Of a stretch of DNA of 64,000 nt, positions 10,671 to 20,559 are shown piece by piece; the stretch's first letter is position 1; each line of letters begins with the position of its first letter. The stretch is taken from the NCBI GenBank assembly GCA_963777605.1, contig CAVZRV010000028.1, positions 32,001-96,000 on the forward strand, given 5' to 3'. The translations under genes and the position numbers were made by a program. The notes below the pieces were generated by a model, which was not told the origin of the DNA, ran no database searches, and was given only the letters and a program-made list of their open reading frames with translations. The DNA is from an uncultured Acidobacteriota bacterium (GTDB lineage: Bacteria; Acidobacteriota; UBA6911; RPQK01; JAPXNP01).

Positions 10671-11732
10671 TCAAGTCCAGAGCGCAAAAAGGGTCATCGT
10701 GACGATGTAGAAAACGAGCACTCCACCAATCAGGCTCAGGATCCAGCGAAGTCTCCTCCTCACAAAGAACTTGTCAACGAAGGGAACCAGAATCCAAACG
10801 ATCCCACCCAGCCCAATTGCCGTGACCGCCAGTTTCTCTCCTTCGACCCCAAAAACGTGACCCGGCACGAACTTGAGTGTCTGGAACAAGAACAGGAAAT
10901 ACCACTCGGGCTGGATGTCGGAAGGGGTCGAACCGAAGGGCTGAGCTTTCTCTCCGAGACCCCATGGGAAAAACACAGCCAGAAAGATCAAGAGACCCAT
11001 CAGGCCGTACCATGAAATCAGGTCCCGCAAAAAGACGTTTGGGAAGAACGGCAACGACTTCAGTTGGCGTTTCTCCAGCGAAGGGGGGACACTCATCCCC
11101 TGTTTTTGGATCAAACTCAGGTGAAACATCACTAAAACTGTTGTGAGCGCGGGAAGCACAGCAACATGAAATCCAAAAAAGCGGGTTAAAGTGCCGCTGG
11201 TTACGTCGTCACCGCCCCGAAGAAAGACTACAAGTGCGCCTCCAATGACAGGGAGCGAACCGGCAATTTCCGTCCCAACCCGGGTGGCGAAGAAAGCCAA
11301 CTGGTTCCAGGGCAGCAGGTAGCCGCTGAAACCGAAGCCGAGCAGGAGAAAGAAGAGCATCATACCGCTCAACCAAGTCAATTCTCGGGGTTCCCGATAG
11401 GCCTTCATGAAGTACGTCGTGAACATGTGCAGGAAGGCGACTCCGATCAACAGGTTTGCGGACCAACTATGGATGGAACGGATCAGCCAGCCAAACGTGA
11501 CCTGCGTCATGATGAATCGGACGCTCTCAAAAGCCTCGCCGGCGCTCGGCCGGTAATAGAGTAGGAGCAGAATTCCCGTCACCAGTTGGACGAACAAAAG
11601 GAAAAGAGCCATTCCTCCGAGAAAGTAGGCCCAAGAGAATTGGTGGAGGGGGACCTCCTTTTTCAGAGCGAGATCAGTGAAGTAACCCAGATCGAGGCGC
11701 CTGTCCAGCCACTTCCAAATCTGCCTTAACAT
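10671..11732 (-). CDS. Cytochrome b subunit of a Rieske/cytochrome b (bc) complex
   Basis: [38 protein letters not shown] Qo motif. Confidence 0.95.
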   Translation of the reverse strand: MLRQIWKWLDRRLDLGYFTDLALKKEVPLHQFSWAYFLGGMALFLLFVQLVTGILLLLYYRPSAGEAFESVRFIMTQVTFGWLIRSIHSWSANLLIGVAFLHMFTTYFMKAYREPRELTWLSGMMLFFLLLGFGFSGYLLPWNQLAFFATRVGTEIAGSLPVIGGALVVFLRGGDDVTSGTLTRFFGFHVAVLPALTTVLVMFHLSLIQKQGMSVPPSLEKRQLKSLPFFPNVFLRDLISWYGLMGLLIFLAVFFPWGLGEKAQPFGSTPSDIQPEWYFLFLFQTLKFVPGHVFGVEGEKLAVTAIGLGGIVWILVPFVDKFFVRRRLRWILSLIGGVLVFYIVTMTLFALWT

Positions 11733-11740
11733 GGACGAGT

Positions 11741-12226
11741 CTACCCTCTCAGCACGGTAATCTCATTGTCTCTGACCTCGGCCCGATACTTCGTCAGGGG
11801 ACGCGGAGGGGGCCCGCCGGTAGGTACCCCTTCAAGGTTATAGACACCCCCGTGGCATGGGCAGTAAATATCGTGCCGGTCCGGACGGTAATGCACCGTA
11901 CATTGAAGGTGCGTACAAACAGCGGAAAAAGCCTCAAACTTGCCGGCAGGCGTCCGGATAAGGATTGCCGGCTCGGATCCGAATTTGAAGACCCGCCCGG
12001 AGTTGGCCGGCAACTGGTCGACAGTTGTGACGGTAACCTGGTCCGACTGGGACTCCGGCTGTTTCGGCGGGATCAAGTACCGGATTGCCGGGTAAAGAAT
12101 ACTTACAAGTGAAGCTCCGATGGACGTTGCCAGGAGATACTTCAACAAACTCCTGCGCTCACGACCCGATGTGTGGAAATCGACTCCGCTTTTCTCCTCG
12201 TTCTCTCCAGGATGATTGCTCAACAT
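11741..12226 (-). CDS. Rieske 2Fe-2S subunit
   Basis: ERRSLL Tat-like anchor, CTHLQC and CPCHGG boxes, GPPPRPL. Confidence 0.95.
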   Translation of the reverse strand: MLSNHPGENEEKSGVDFHTSGRERRSLLKYLLATSIGASLVSILYPAIRYLIPPKQPESQSDQVTVTTVDQLPANSGRVFKFGSEPAILIRTPAGKFEAFSAVCTHLQCTVHYRPDRHDIYCPCHGGVYNLEGVPTGGPPPRPLTKYRAEVRDNEITVLRG

Positions 12227-12454
12227 GTCTACCCTCTACTGCAGAATATTCCCCAAAAAGTAAACTTTCAAATAATTGGAAAAGGCGAACTGAATCGACT
12301 CTCACACCCCTCTTCAGGGGAACCTCAGGTCGCGACTGTGTTGTCAACAACGCGGCGGACGAGGTCTGATTCAACTGTTCGATTGCCTCATCCCGCGAAT
12401 TATCCGGCACCGTCGCCGATTTTTGGTAGCGCGTCTCTCCGGACCGGTAATTAC

Positions 12455-12562
12455 AATCTGTCCCCCACCTCTCTCCCCGGGCTCCTCCGGGTGCGGAAGA
12501 ACAGCCTGTCCCTTGCTCTGTCTTGCCCTGTGGCACTTTCTCTGCAATTCAGACTGTCCCTT
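12455..12562 (+). repeat. Cluster of three CTGTCCC-core motifs
   Basis: AATCTGTCCCC at 12455, CAGCCTGTCCCTT at 12502, CAGACTGTCCCTT at 12550. Confidence 0.7.
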
Positions 12563-12726
12563 GTCTTGAGTCCATCCTCTTGCGCAATTGTGCGTGATGA
12601 GGTCGGCGTCTCCGGGTTTTTGAATTACCGCCAAGAAGAGTCAAGGGGCGAGGCAGTCGCGCTGATTGGAGGTGGCGCCAACGCAGCAGGACGGCATCTC
12701 AACCGGCTGGGATCTGGCTGCAGCAC

Positions 12727-13785
12727 CTAAAGGCCAAGATAGCGATTTCGGCCGAGAACCAGAGCTTCCAGTTTCCGATCGGCCACTGTTCTCCTCAGCA
12801 TCCAAAGACCACAGTCGGGATGGACCCACGAAATGCGTCCTTCACCCAACGTCCGTTCCGCCAACTCGATGGATCGTGCCACTTGATCTGCGGTTTCGAC
12901 CTGGTTGATCTTGACGTCCACGACACCTATTCCAAGCTGAATATGTTCGTCGACACTCTTTAGCGCCTCCAGATCCTCCAAGGGCCGGTGAGCGAGTTCC
13001 AGAATCAAGTGGTCTGCATGCAGTGAGTTCAGGAAGCCGAGCAGAAGCTTCCACTCACCCTTTTGGACCGTCTGACCGCCGTAGTTGCCGAAACACAGGT
13101 GCACGGCCCGTTTCACTTCAACCCGGTCAAGCACGATATTGATAGCCTGTGCCGCCAAATCCGCATCTGCCGGGTTACCCGTGATGTTGGCTTCATCCAC
13201 CTGAACACAGGCACAGGCCAGCCCCGCAACCTGGTCTGCCAGCACTTCTGCCAAGGCAAGCGTAAGAGCCTCGAAATCGTTGTAGTGATGGTCCAGCAGC
13301 GTTCGGGACAGCATATACGGGCTCGTCACCGTAAATTTAAAAGGACCGCCTGCAACCAAGGCGGCTGTCGAGCAGTCCGCGTACAGGTTGAGCGAACCCT
13401 CTCCCAGTTCGGAACTGACCACGCCAGCAGGCTTAGTGCGGAAACCCATCGCAGCTATTCGGGAAAATGCTTTCCAGTCGGAACGGCCAATCCGAGTCCG
13501 AACTCCGGACATTGAGCCCACAAAGTAGTCGATCATCCCATTGGTGTCGGGATGGTTGACGTCAAAGCGGTAGAGTTCCCCGTCGGTCGGCAGGTCGATG
13601 CCCGCCTGACGCTGGATATCAAAAACGACTCGCATGGCGTCGCGCCGTGACTGATCACTTGGCAGCACCGCCAGCCAGTCCGGCACAGGATAGGATCCCA
13701 CAGTAGTTGTCAGAATTCGTGGGGAAGAAGGAAGTTCCTGCAAATTCACCGTCCGCGCACCCCCTTGTGGCGAGGATTCTATCAT
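12727..13785 (-). CDS. Cobalamin-independent methionine synthase II family protein (single-barrel MetE-like)
   Basis: TTVGSYP, TDGE, VQVDE, VHLCFGN, GVVDVK, HPDCGL (Zn ligands). Start uncertain. Confidence 0.88.
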   Translation of the reverse strand: MIESSPQGGARTVNLQELPSSPRILTTTVGSYPVPDWLAVLPSDQSRRDAMRVVFDIQRQAGIDLPTDGELYRFDVNHPDTNGMIDYFVGSMSGVRTRIGRSDWKAFSRIAAMGFRTKPAGVVSSELGEGSLNLYADCSTAALVAGGPFKFTVTSPYMLSRTLLDHHYNDFEALTLALAEVLADQVAGLACACVQVDEANITGNPADADLAAQAINIVLDRVEVKRAVHLCFGNYGGQTVQKGEWKLLLGFLNSLHADHLILELAHRPLEDLEALKSVDEHIQLGIGVVDVKINQVETADQVARSIELAERTLGEGRISWVHPDCGLWMLRRTVADRKLEALVLGRNRYLGL

Positions 13786-13863
13786 CAGACCTTGACTCCG
13801 TCGGCGGGTCCGTTTAGCGTGCTGGCGGGCAGGAGTTTGACAGAAAATGACTTGGAGGGTCCA

Positions 13864-14916
13864 ATGCGGAACCTGTTCATCAATGTCGGTTGGTTCTCAC
13901 TTGTTCTGTACTCATCCGGAATCATGGCGTTCTCCCAGGCGGAGGGAACACTCAGGAAGATTCCGAGAGTCGATGCTCACTGCCACATTTCGGGGCCCGA
14001 ATTGATGGAGGCCTATCTCGCCGTCAGCGACAAGCTCAAGGAGGACCACGGTGGGAAACTGGAGGTCTTTATCAACCTGGACGACTACGAGTCGAAAACA
14101 GGAAGGCTTCAGCCCGGACTGAAGGGAACGGAGTATCTGGACGAAATCGAACACCAATTCGGGGGACGATTTCTCCTGACCCTCAGCGACTATCGGATTT
14201 CGGACGGCCTTCGCTACTCACCCGAGGAACTTGCCGAATGGCAGAACCGAGGGGTCGTCGGCTACAAGATCTGGGTCGGGGTCTCGGCTCTGATTGACGA
14301 CCCCGCTAACGATCCCACCTTCACCAAGATGGAACAACTGGGGATGGTGGGAGCAGGGGTTCACATCGCACAGCCATACCCGACTCGATGGTGTGAGGAC
14401 CCGGTCAAGTTCTGGGAAGCACAGCGCGCCTGGGAACGCGTTCTGGACCGTCATCCCCGGCTTCGCGTCGTTCAGGCTCATATGCTCGACCATTTCAATT
14501 CAGACGAACAACTCGATTACTTGAACTATGTCCTCGAGACCTACCCCAACGTCAACCTCGACCTGGCTGCCCGCTTTCAGCAATTCCATCGGATGGACCG
14601 GGAGAAACTCCGAGCGTTCATGATCCACTATGCCGATCGGATCCTCTTCGGCACCGATATCTCGAAACAGCCGGGCGCCAACGTGGAAGACACCGTCGAA
14701 CGATACCGGCGATGTTTTCAACTTCTCGAAACCGACGAGACCATTATGGGTGGATTTTTCGGCGAAACACCTACCGTCGGACTGGCGCTGCCGGAGGATG
14801 TCCTGGAGAAGATCTACTACAGGAACGCCGTCCGCATCTATCCACGCGTTGGGACGGTTCTGAACAAACTGGGTTACGACGTCGAGGTCGGAACGGAACC
14901 GCATGCGCAACACTAG
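13864..14916 (+). CDS. Amidohydrolase family protein (Amidohydro_2-like), secreted
   Basis: VDAHCH, VGYK, QAH, DRILFGTD, LEKIYYRNA. GGAGG RBS before MRNLF. Confidence 0.85.
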   Translation: MRNLFINVGWFSLVLYSSGIMAFSQAEGTLRKIPRVDAHCHISGPELMEAYLAVSDKLKEDHGGKLEVFINLDDYESKTGRLQPGLKGTEYLDEIEHQFGGRFLLTLSDYRISDGLRYSPEELAEWQNRGVVGYKIWVGVSALIDDPANDPTFTKMEQLGMVGAGVHIAQPYPTRWCEDPVKFWEAQRAWERVLDRHPRLRVVQAHMLDHFNSDEQLDYLNYVLETYPNVNLDLAARFQQFHRMDREKLRAFMIHYADRILFGTDISKQPGANVEDTVERYRRCFQLLETDETIMGGFFGETPTVGLALPEDVLEKIYYRNAVRIYPRVGTVLNKLGYDVEVGTEPHAQH

Positions 14917-16973
14917 TTGGCGCTCCATTCTCCTTTGACGTATCGCCCATACCACGCCAGGTAGCGCTCCAGCCGATCCTTCAGAAATGAGGGAACGCTG
15001 AGGCCATGGTGCTCTCCGGGATATACGACCAGTTCGGTTGTTCTGCCCAGCCGTTTCAAGGCTTCGTAGAGTTGCTCGGAGTTCTGAACCGGGACATTCC
15101 AGTCTTCCTCGCCGCACATGATGAGCGTCGGTGTGACGATCTTCTGAACATGATTAAAGGGCGAAAGCCGCTCCCAAAGCTCACGATTCTCCCAGGGAAG
15201 GCCCAACTCCTTCTCCCACTCGTGCTGGTAGTGGTCGTGTCCGTAGTTGGCCACGTAGAGCACCTCGCTGGCGCCTGAGATCGCCCCCTTGAAACGGTCA
15301 GACTGGGTTATGACATAGTCAGTGAGGATGCCTCCGTAAGACCATCCTCCGACTCCGAGACGTTCCGGGTCCGAGTACCCTTTCTGGATGGCGTAGTCGA
15401 TGCCGGCCATAACATCTTCAAAATCCTTGTGCCCCCAATCCTGGTAGATCCCCATCGAGAACTTCTGCCCATATCCGGAAGAACCGCGAGGATTGACCAG
15501 CACCACGACGTACTCGTTAGCGGCGAAAAGCTGCGCTTCAAAATCGAAACTGAAGTCAAACTGTGACACCGGACCGCCGTGAATACGCAAGAGCGTCGGA
15601 TAGGTCAAGTGCTCGTTGTAATCGGGTGGCAGGTAGATAAACCCTTCAATTTCGGCACCATCTTTGCTCGGGAAATGGACGTTCTCCAACCGGGCAAGCT
15701 TCAACTGGACGAGCACTTTGTCGTTGGCGTGACTGAGCTGCGAGAGACTTCCGGAGGAGAGTGAAAATACTTCGGCAGGAATCTTCGGTTCGCTGTTGAG
15801 GAGCACGATTTGGTCGTCCCCTGCGGAGTGAAATCCCAACACGACCCGGGACCCTGAAGTCAAACGTTCGATCTCGCTGGTCGCAACTGACAACTGAGCC
15901 AACTGACTTTCGCCGCTGTCTTCGACGAGAAACCGAATCGAAGAACCGTCTAAAGAGAAGTGTGGGTTGGATACATTCCGATCAAGCGAAGGGGCCAGCA
16001 CCTGCGCCGAGCCGCCTTGAGAAGGAACTACCGCCAAACGGTTCGTGGCATACCAGATCAAGTCTGGCTGGGTGTCCGTCACGTAACAGATTCGTTTTCC
16101 GTCGGGGCTCCAGGCCGGGCTCGTATCTGAGCCTGGATTGTCCGTGAGCCGAAGCATCGTCTGCCCCTTGTCGGAGTTGTCCGCCGATACGATCCAGATA
16201 TCTGAGTTGGAATTGCTGTCAGGATCCTTCGTTCGATTGCTCACAAAGGCAACGAGCTTGCCGTCCGGACTCCAGGTTGCTTCGGTGTCGTCGTAGTCGC
16301 CGGATGTAATCTGGGTCAGTTCGTGGGATGCGAGATCAAATACGTACAGATGGGTGCGGCGACGGTCAAGGTAACCTATGTAGTCGCGCTTGAACTGAAG
16401 CCGATCGATGACCCACGGGCGCGGTCGCCTTTCCCCGTTCTTCTTGGCATCGCCGCTGTCATCCGGTTCCCCATCCTGGATCGTCAGGAGAATGCGCGCG
16501 CTGTCGGGAGACCAGGCATAGGTTTCGATCCCGTGTTTGACCTCCGTAAGTTGCTGAGCGTCGCCGCCTCTACGGTCGAAAGTCCAAACCTGGGACTTGC
16601 CATCGTTTCGTTCAGCCTTGAACGACAGGTATTTCCCGTCGGGGCTCCACCTCGGTTCACTCGCTGAGTACCCATTTGCCGTCATCCGGATCTCATCCCC
16701 ACCCGCCGCCGGCACCATCGAAATGGCCGTTTCCGTTTTGTTCTCCTTCAGATCCATGGTGGCAACCGTGTACGCAACCCAGTCACCGTCCGGACTCACC
16801 CGTGGATCGCCAACGTCCTTCAGTTCAAAAAGGTCGTCAATTTGTAGATTTCGCGACGTTTCGGCTCGCTCGGCATGAAGCGGAGAATTTAGGAAACCGA
16901 AGATCGCCGAGATCATCAGCATTCCAAGGCACGGATAACGGAGCGGAATACAGGGAGGATAATCACTCTTCAT
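14913..16973 (-). CDS. S9 family peptidase (acylaminoacyl/dipeptidyl peptidase)
   Basis: Repeated WSPDG propeller motifs, IHGGP, NPRGSSGYG, GWSYGG, D and H of the triad (EDWNVP, EHHG). Confidence 0.93.
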   Translation of the reverse strand: MKSDYPPCIPLRYPCLGMLMISAIFGFLNSPLHAERAETSRNLQIDDLFELKDVGDPRVSPDGDWVAYTVATMDLKENKTETAISMVPAAGGDEIRMTANGYSASEPRWSPDGKYLSFKAERNDGKSQVWTFDRRGGDAQQLTEVKHGIETYAWSPDSARILLTIQDGEPDDSGDAKKNGERRPRPWVIDRLQFKRDYIGYLDRRRTHLYVFDLASHELTQITSGDYDDTEATWSPDGKLVAFVSNRTKDPDSNSNSDIWIVSADNSDKGQTMLRLTDNPGSDTSPAWSPDGKRICYVTDTQPDLIWYATNRLAVVPSQGGSAQVLAPSLDRNVSNPHFSLDGSSIRFLVEDSGESQLAQLSVATSEIERLTSGSRVVLGFHSAGDDQIVLLNSEPKIPAEVFSLSSGSLSQLSHANDKVLVQLKLARLENVHFPSKDGAEIEGFIYLPPDYNEHLTYPTLLRIHGGPVSQFDFSFDFEAQLFAANEYVVVLVNPRGSSGYGQKFSMGIYQDWGHKDFEDVMAGIDYAIQKGYSDPERLGVGGWSYGGILTDYVITQSDRFKGAISGASEVLYVANYGHDHYQHEWEKELGLPWENRELWERLSPFNHVQKIVTPTLIMCGEEDWNVPVQNSEQLYEALKRLGRTTELVVYPGEHHGLSVPSFLKDRLERYLAWYGRYVKGEWSAN

Positions 16974-17037
16974 CGTCTACTCCTGATTTGGCGCGCGGAC
17001 CTTCTATGTCCTGATCCGCTTTCCTTTGCCGCGGCGT

Positions 17038-17478
17038 TCACCTCGACGGAGCAGGGAGCATGTTCCGAATTCCGCTCAACCGCCAACCGTCCGGCGTTCG
17101 CTCAGCAATAAAGGTACTCCACATCTTTCGCTCCGGAACACCAGTCTGTCCCTTAATCACATAGCGTGCGTCCGCGACTGCGACAGTCGAACTGATGATG
17201 CGTACCCGTTCAACACTGATCGAACGTTCACCGGGACTTTGTTCGGAGCTTCGCAACATGCCGGCGACAAGCTGCTCGCGCCCGTACCGCCAATCGCCAG
17301 AGGAAACCAACTGGTCGGCATCCTCGGTGAACAGGCTGCGCAAAGCTTCTGTATTTCGTGCCTCACGTGCCTGCACGTATTTCGCAACCAGATCACGAAT
17401 CGCGGACTCATCGCTGGAACCAGCCATCAGCACGCCACATCCAAACAAGAGCAAAACAGAAACCACCGTGGCTTTCAT
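17038..17478 (-). CDS. Secreted NTF2/SnoaL-like (SgcJ/EcaC, DUF4440) protein
   Basis: Signal peptide, DESAIRDLV, LFTEDAD, GREQL, DGWRL. Start at MKATVV. Confidence 0.8.
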   Translation of the reverse strand: MKATVVSVLLLFGCGVLMAGSSDESAIRDLVAKYVQAREARNTEALRSLFTEDADQLVSSGDWRYGREQLVAGMLRSSEQSPGERSISVERVRIISSTVAVADARYVIKGQTGVPERKMWSTFIAERTPDGWRLSGIRNMLPAPSR

Positions 17479-17563
17479 CGCCTTCCTTCTCCGACCTTGT
17501 TTGCGTCCGGGAACTTCCTTCGACTCGACAAGTCGCTTTCTCGACGCAGACCTAATCAGACAG

Positions 17564-20149
17564 TCAGTCTTCGTCCTCGTCTTCGGAACGAGCCATAACA
17601 AACCCCGCCCGCACAGGAGCCGGCATCGGCTGATCTGCGCCACGTACGGCTCGCCAGATGACCTCGTTGAAAAGCAGGTCATCAGCAGCGTCTTCCTTTG
17701 CAAAGTTGAATTCCAGCTCCTGTCCCCAGGCGGCCGCACTATTTGTCTCAGTCCGGTCAACCTCGACGGGCGCGGCTTTAAAGGGGCGCAGATCCGGTTT
17801 CTCCTGGAAGGCCCCGTACATCGGCGCCGCGGCAGCATCGAATTGGGTCATTGGCGGCAAGCCAAGAACCAGTTCCATGGTGCGCAGCATGCTGGTCGTC
17901 GAATAGAGAGTGGAATCGACGACTCCCCTTTGAGCGTAGGGACTGACCACAAATGCGACAGTACGGTGCGCATCGACGTGATCAGGCCCATTCTGGGCGT
18001 CGTCTTCTACAACAAAGATAGCCGTTCGGTCCCAAAACTTCGACTGCGAGACCGCCTCGACAACCATTCCCAGGGCAAGGTCGTTGTCGGCCACATACGC
18101 CGTGGGAGTCAACGTTCCGGCGGTCACCCCGTGAGTATGATCATTGGGCAGACGAACGATTTGCAGACGGGGCATGTCACCCTCATCCTCGAAACGCTTC
18201 AACTCAGTGATGAAGCGTTCGGCCCGCTTGATATCAGGGTAGTTGAGATCAAAGCTGCGGAACCAGGGGTCGAAGTGTCCTTGAAGCGCCTCCAACTTCG
18301 AAGTAGCGGGAGCTTCGGGAGTCGGCCCATTCTGCACAAACTCCCCGTAGCTACGATAACTTACACCGGCTGCGCGGGCGAGGTCCCACAAGTAACCGCT
18401 CGATGGAAGCGCAATGTCGAACTTCCCTTCACTAGGATATGGGAACTTGCCCGAACGGTTGTGCCCATAGCTCATCGGCCACGCTCTCTCGACAAAGTCA
18501 GTGGCATAGGCTGCCATCGACCATTCGTGCCCGTCGGCACTGACCTCACTCTCGACATAGAAATTGTCGAGCAGCACGAAATCGCGCGCCAGTTTGTGGT
18601 GGTTGGGCGTGACTCTTTCCGGGAACAGACACAGAGATGGGTCGCCGTTGCCTTCCGGCATGTCGCCCAACACCTGATCGTACGTCCGATTCTCCTTCAG
18701 GATGTATATGCAGTAGCGGATCGGGCTGGGTTCGCCCGGACTCCCGGGGATGGGATTGCCGGCTGGCCGGGCGACACTGACTGATGAATCCGGACGAAGT
18801 GGCGTCGAGGCGAGCACGTCGCCTGTCCAACCTGTCAACTCCTGCTGCAGGGTTTTCTCTGGTGGAAGATCGATGATACTCAGCGTTCCCGAAAACAGTC
18901 GCCCGATATACTCGTCGTTCGAGCTGTTGGGAGCCGGCTGTGGCCCGCCCGGGTTGGCCTTGGGTTCCAACCCCTTGCCGTTGGCAATAAGCAACTTCTT
19001 GCCGTCGGGAGTCACACGAACCGATGTCGGATACCAGCCGGTTGGGATGAAACCGAGACTCCGGCTCTTCCCGGGTTGTTCAACATTGAAAACGGCAACT
19101 GCATTGATGTTCGCATTGGCAACAAAGAGCAGGTCCTCGTCGACAGAAAGGGACAGGCTGTTTGGCGTAGCACCTCGAGGAGCATTGGGAAATAGGGTCG
19201 CCCAAAGCGTCTCGACGACACGCCCATCTTTAGTGTCGAAGACGGTAACCGTATTGTCGTTTCCATTGGAGACGAAAAGGTACCTGCCATCCTTGCGAAG
19301 AGCCAATTCGCTCGGATGCTGGCCGGCCGCCCAGTGGCCGAGTACTGTTCCTGTATCGGAGTTGACAACAGCGACTGCACCTTGATTCCAAAGGCTCACG
19401 TAAAGTCGATGGCTACCGGCGTCATAGACACAGTCGTAGGGATACTGGGCATCCGGGTCATTTGGATATAGAGAGGCCTCGGCCCGCTTTTCGGCCGCTG
19501 CGGTATCGAAGTCACTTGACGGAGACACCGGTGCACGACTGGACGCCCCGGCATCAGGCCTTAGAGGAAACACCTCGATCTCTCCGGAAGCCAAATGCAC
19601 TCTTGTGACCAGGCTGTTCAGCAAATTCGCGACGAAAAGAGTCTGTCCCTTTGAGTCAAGAGCCAGTCCAGAAGGCACCCCCTTAAAGGACGGGTCGCGA
19701 AGCGCGATTTTCCTGGCCTCGGTCAGCTTTCCATCGCTGAACCCGAACTCGTAAACGACTTCCTCCCCCGCCCCGCTGGAGTAAAGTCGCCGCCCGTCGG
19801 GAGAGAACTCCAAGCCGTAAAAGGCTTCGCTAACCGGAGTGCGCGCTACAACCAGCGCGGAACTCAAGTCCACCACGACAATCTCGTGCTGTCCATAACC
19901 ACAGTGCAGAATCGCCGCAAAGCGACTGTCTGGATGCACCGCAATGTTAACCGGGAAATCTCCAAGTTGAACGCTATTCCCCACCGGTCTGAGCGACCAC
20001 TGGTTCGGCAACAATACCGACCCGTTCGGTTGAAGCCCAGGCCATAGAACTCTTCTTTGCGCGCTGCATGGCACAAGCGCCAATGAAAGACAGGCCACGA
20101 CAGGCAACAGTTGAGTCAAGATCCTCGACAAATACTGATTTGATCGCAT
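17564..20149 (-). CDS. YncE/YVTN beta-propeller + phosphoesterase (alkaline phosphatase superfamily) bifunctional protein
   Basis: Propeller repeats, GFIPTGWYP, YILKENRTYDQVLGD, SADGHEW, LPNDHT, EDDAQNGPDHVDAHR. Confidence 0.9.
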   Translation of the reverse strand: MRSNQYLSRILTQLLPVVACLSLALVPCSAQRRVLWPGLQPNGSVLLPNQWSLRPVGNSVQLGDFPVNIAVHPDSRFAAILHCGYGQHEIVVVDLSSALVVARTPVSEAFYGLEFSPDGRRLYSSGAGEEVVYEFGFSDGKLTEARKIALRDPSFKGVPSGLALDSKGQTLFVANLLNSLVTRVHLASGEIEVFPLRPDAGASSRAPVSPSSDFDTAAAEKRAEASLYPNDPDAQYPYDCVYDAGSHRLYVSLWNQGAVAVVNSDTGTVLGHWAAGQHPSELALRKDGRYLFVSNGNDNTVTVFDTKDGRVVETLWATLFPNAPRGATPNSLSLSVDEDLLFVANANINAVAVFNVEQPGKSRSLGFIPTGWYPTSVRVTPDGKKLLIANGKGLEPKANPGGPQPAPNSSNDEYIGRLFSGTLSIIDLPPEKTLQQELTGWTGDVLASTPLRPDSSVSVARPAGNPIPGSPGEPSPIRYCIYILKENRTYDQVLGDMPEGNGDPSLCLFPERVTPNHHKLARDFVLLDNFYVESEVSADGHEWSMAAYATDFVERAWPMSYGHNRSGKFPYPSEGKFDIALPSSGYLWDLARAAGVSYRSYGEFVQNGPTPEAPATSKLEALQGHFDPWFRSFDLNYPDIKRAERFITELKRFEDEGDMPRLQIVRLPNDHTHGVTAGTLTPTAYVADNDLALGMVVEAVSQSKFWDRTAIFVVEDDAQNGPDHVDAHRTVAFVVSPYAQRGVVDSTLYSTTSMLRTMELVLGLPPMTQFDAAAAPMYGAFQEKPDLRPFKAAPVEVDRTETNSAAAWGQELEFNFAKEDAADDLLFNEVIWRAVRGADQPMPAPVRAGFVMARSEDEDED

Positions 20150-20246
20150 GAGTTCACCAACATTTCACAGGTCCAGCAAGGTTCAAAGTCGGCCAACAAC
20201 TATTCATGGAATCATTGCAGCCAACTCCCGCAGACAAGTCACCGCA

Positions 20247-20444
20247 GGGGACAGGCTGATCTTGAATGATCTTGAAGATGCTGAGACCATCGCGAATATA
20301 GGGAAGTTCGACCCTCAGATTCCAAGGCCTGTCCAATTCAAATCAACTCGGTTCCCATATCACAAAGTGCGGCAATGAACGCCCCAGCCGGATTCTAAAC
20401 CCGCTGGCAATTCTTCCATAGAAAGAAGTATAGGGGACAGACTG
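20247..20444 (-). repeat. Two GGGGACAGRCTG motifs left of element copy 2
   Basis: GGGGACAGGCTG at 20247 and GGGGACAGACTG at 20433. Confidence 0.75.
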
Positions 20445-20559
20445 TTTCTTGCGCGCTCCCGACCTCCTCTTCTGGCCACTGAGCTCGAAATACAACCACG
20501 AAACAATCGGATTCAAAGAAGAAGAGACGGGCCAAAACCTGGAGGCGTATTGGCCGGTT

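Noticed and set aside
17195-18784. 529-aa plus-strand ORF (also 1280-1894, 34622-35746, 38663-39769, 57949-58926, 62668-63741)
   Set aside because: Antisense shadows of well-supported genes in high-GC DNA, with no recognisable motifs.
17142-19652. Motif copies inside coding regions as insertions
   Set aside because: They are in frame, encode plausible residues (KGQT, NSLSL) and show no flanking duplications. Treated as incidental.
4528-20559. 16-kb composite transposon between the two Y1 elements
   Set aside because: No target duplication or other sign of joint mobility, and the cargo looks like ordinary chromosomal genes.
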